Shown piece after piece: positions 63,661 to 64,000 of a DNA stretch of 64,000 bases. Location of the stretch: positions 2,744,907 through 2,808,906 of the forward strand of contig CAVNZM010000001.1 in assembly GCA_963693365.1 (NCBI GenBank). The letters are read 5' to 3'. A program made the translations under genes and the position numbers. This DNA is from Amoebidium appalachense (lineage: Eukaryota; Protista; Ichthyosporea). The notes below the pieces were generated by a model. It saw only the letters and a list, made by a program, of their open reading frames with translations, ran no database searches and was not told the origin of the DNA. Numbering within the stretch: position 1 is the first letter of the stretch; every line of letters begins with the position of its first letter.

Positions 63661-64000
63661 ATGGGGCGTCTTTTATTCATAGTGGGCACCCTTGCCCTTC
63701 TGTCCGCTGTACAAACTCTCGCCGCCCCTTATAATCGGGTGCCGTCATCACGCTACTCCCAAGTCGATGACGTCGATGTTGTTAGCGAGTCAGGCGACAA
63801 TTCCATACAAGTTTGCAGACGCTTGTGTATGTCCGAGGCACGCAAGTTGCGTAGTAGTGACCGTTTGACCTACAAGGGTGCAGCTGTAACACCAAGGCGT
63901 TTCTTTGCCCAGTGCTTGCAGAGTTGCATGGAAGATGTCATCTTTGACGAGGGCCACTATGACGACAGTGATGAGGGTGACTATGAAGATCCAGAAGGCG
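63661..64000 (+). CDS. 5' part of a putative secreted protein with two CxxxC motifs and an acidic tract (runs off the window)
   Basis: Open frame MGRLLFIVGTLALLSAVQTLA-APYNRVPSSRYSQVDDVDVVSESGDNSIQVCRRLCMSEARKLRSSDRLTYKGAAVTPRRFFAQCLQSCMEDVIFDEGHYDDSDEGDYEDPEG with a classic signal-peptide pattern. It is missing from the ORF track because it has no stop in the window. Confidence 0.7.
   Translation, partial: MGRLLFIVGTLALLSAVQTLAAPYNRVPSSRYSQVDDVDVVSESGDNSIQVCRRLCMSEARKLRSSDRLTYKGAAVTPRRFFAQCLQSCMEDVIFDEGHYDDSDEGDYEDPEG

Overview
Intron-rich eukaryotic DNA whose introns are packed with poly-C/poly-G and (CA)/(GT) microsatellites. The gene content suggests a unicellular opisthokont, possibly ichthyosporean-like; this is inference. 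Almost all ORFs in the six-frame track are repeat artefacts. I spliced three genes by hand: EPS15 (+, 18 exons, 524-14742), a BT1-family folate/biopterin transporter (-, 10 exons, 26618-17937) and INO80 (+, about 41 exons, 32784-61515). Also present are three identical tRNA-Ile(AAT) genes inside one INO80 intron, two MITEs (TTA and TA target duplications), an intronless orphan ORF (28651-29214) and the 5' end of a secreted Cys-motif protein (63661 to the window end). The main finding is a dispersed 200-250 bp element that ends in poly-C and carries the hammerhead core pieces (GUU, GAAAC, CUGAnGA) in reversed strand order (C-B-A, a non-circular permutation). Stems I and III covary between copies, and one copy begins exactly at the predicted cleavage site. 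It looks like a ribozyme-processed, poly-C-targeting retroposon (Penelope-like or retrozyme-like), found sense-oriented in host introns. All structures were folded by eye and none has been tested.
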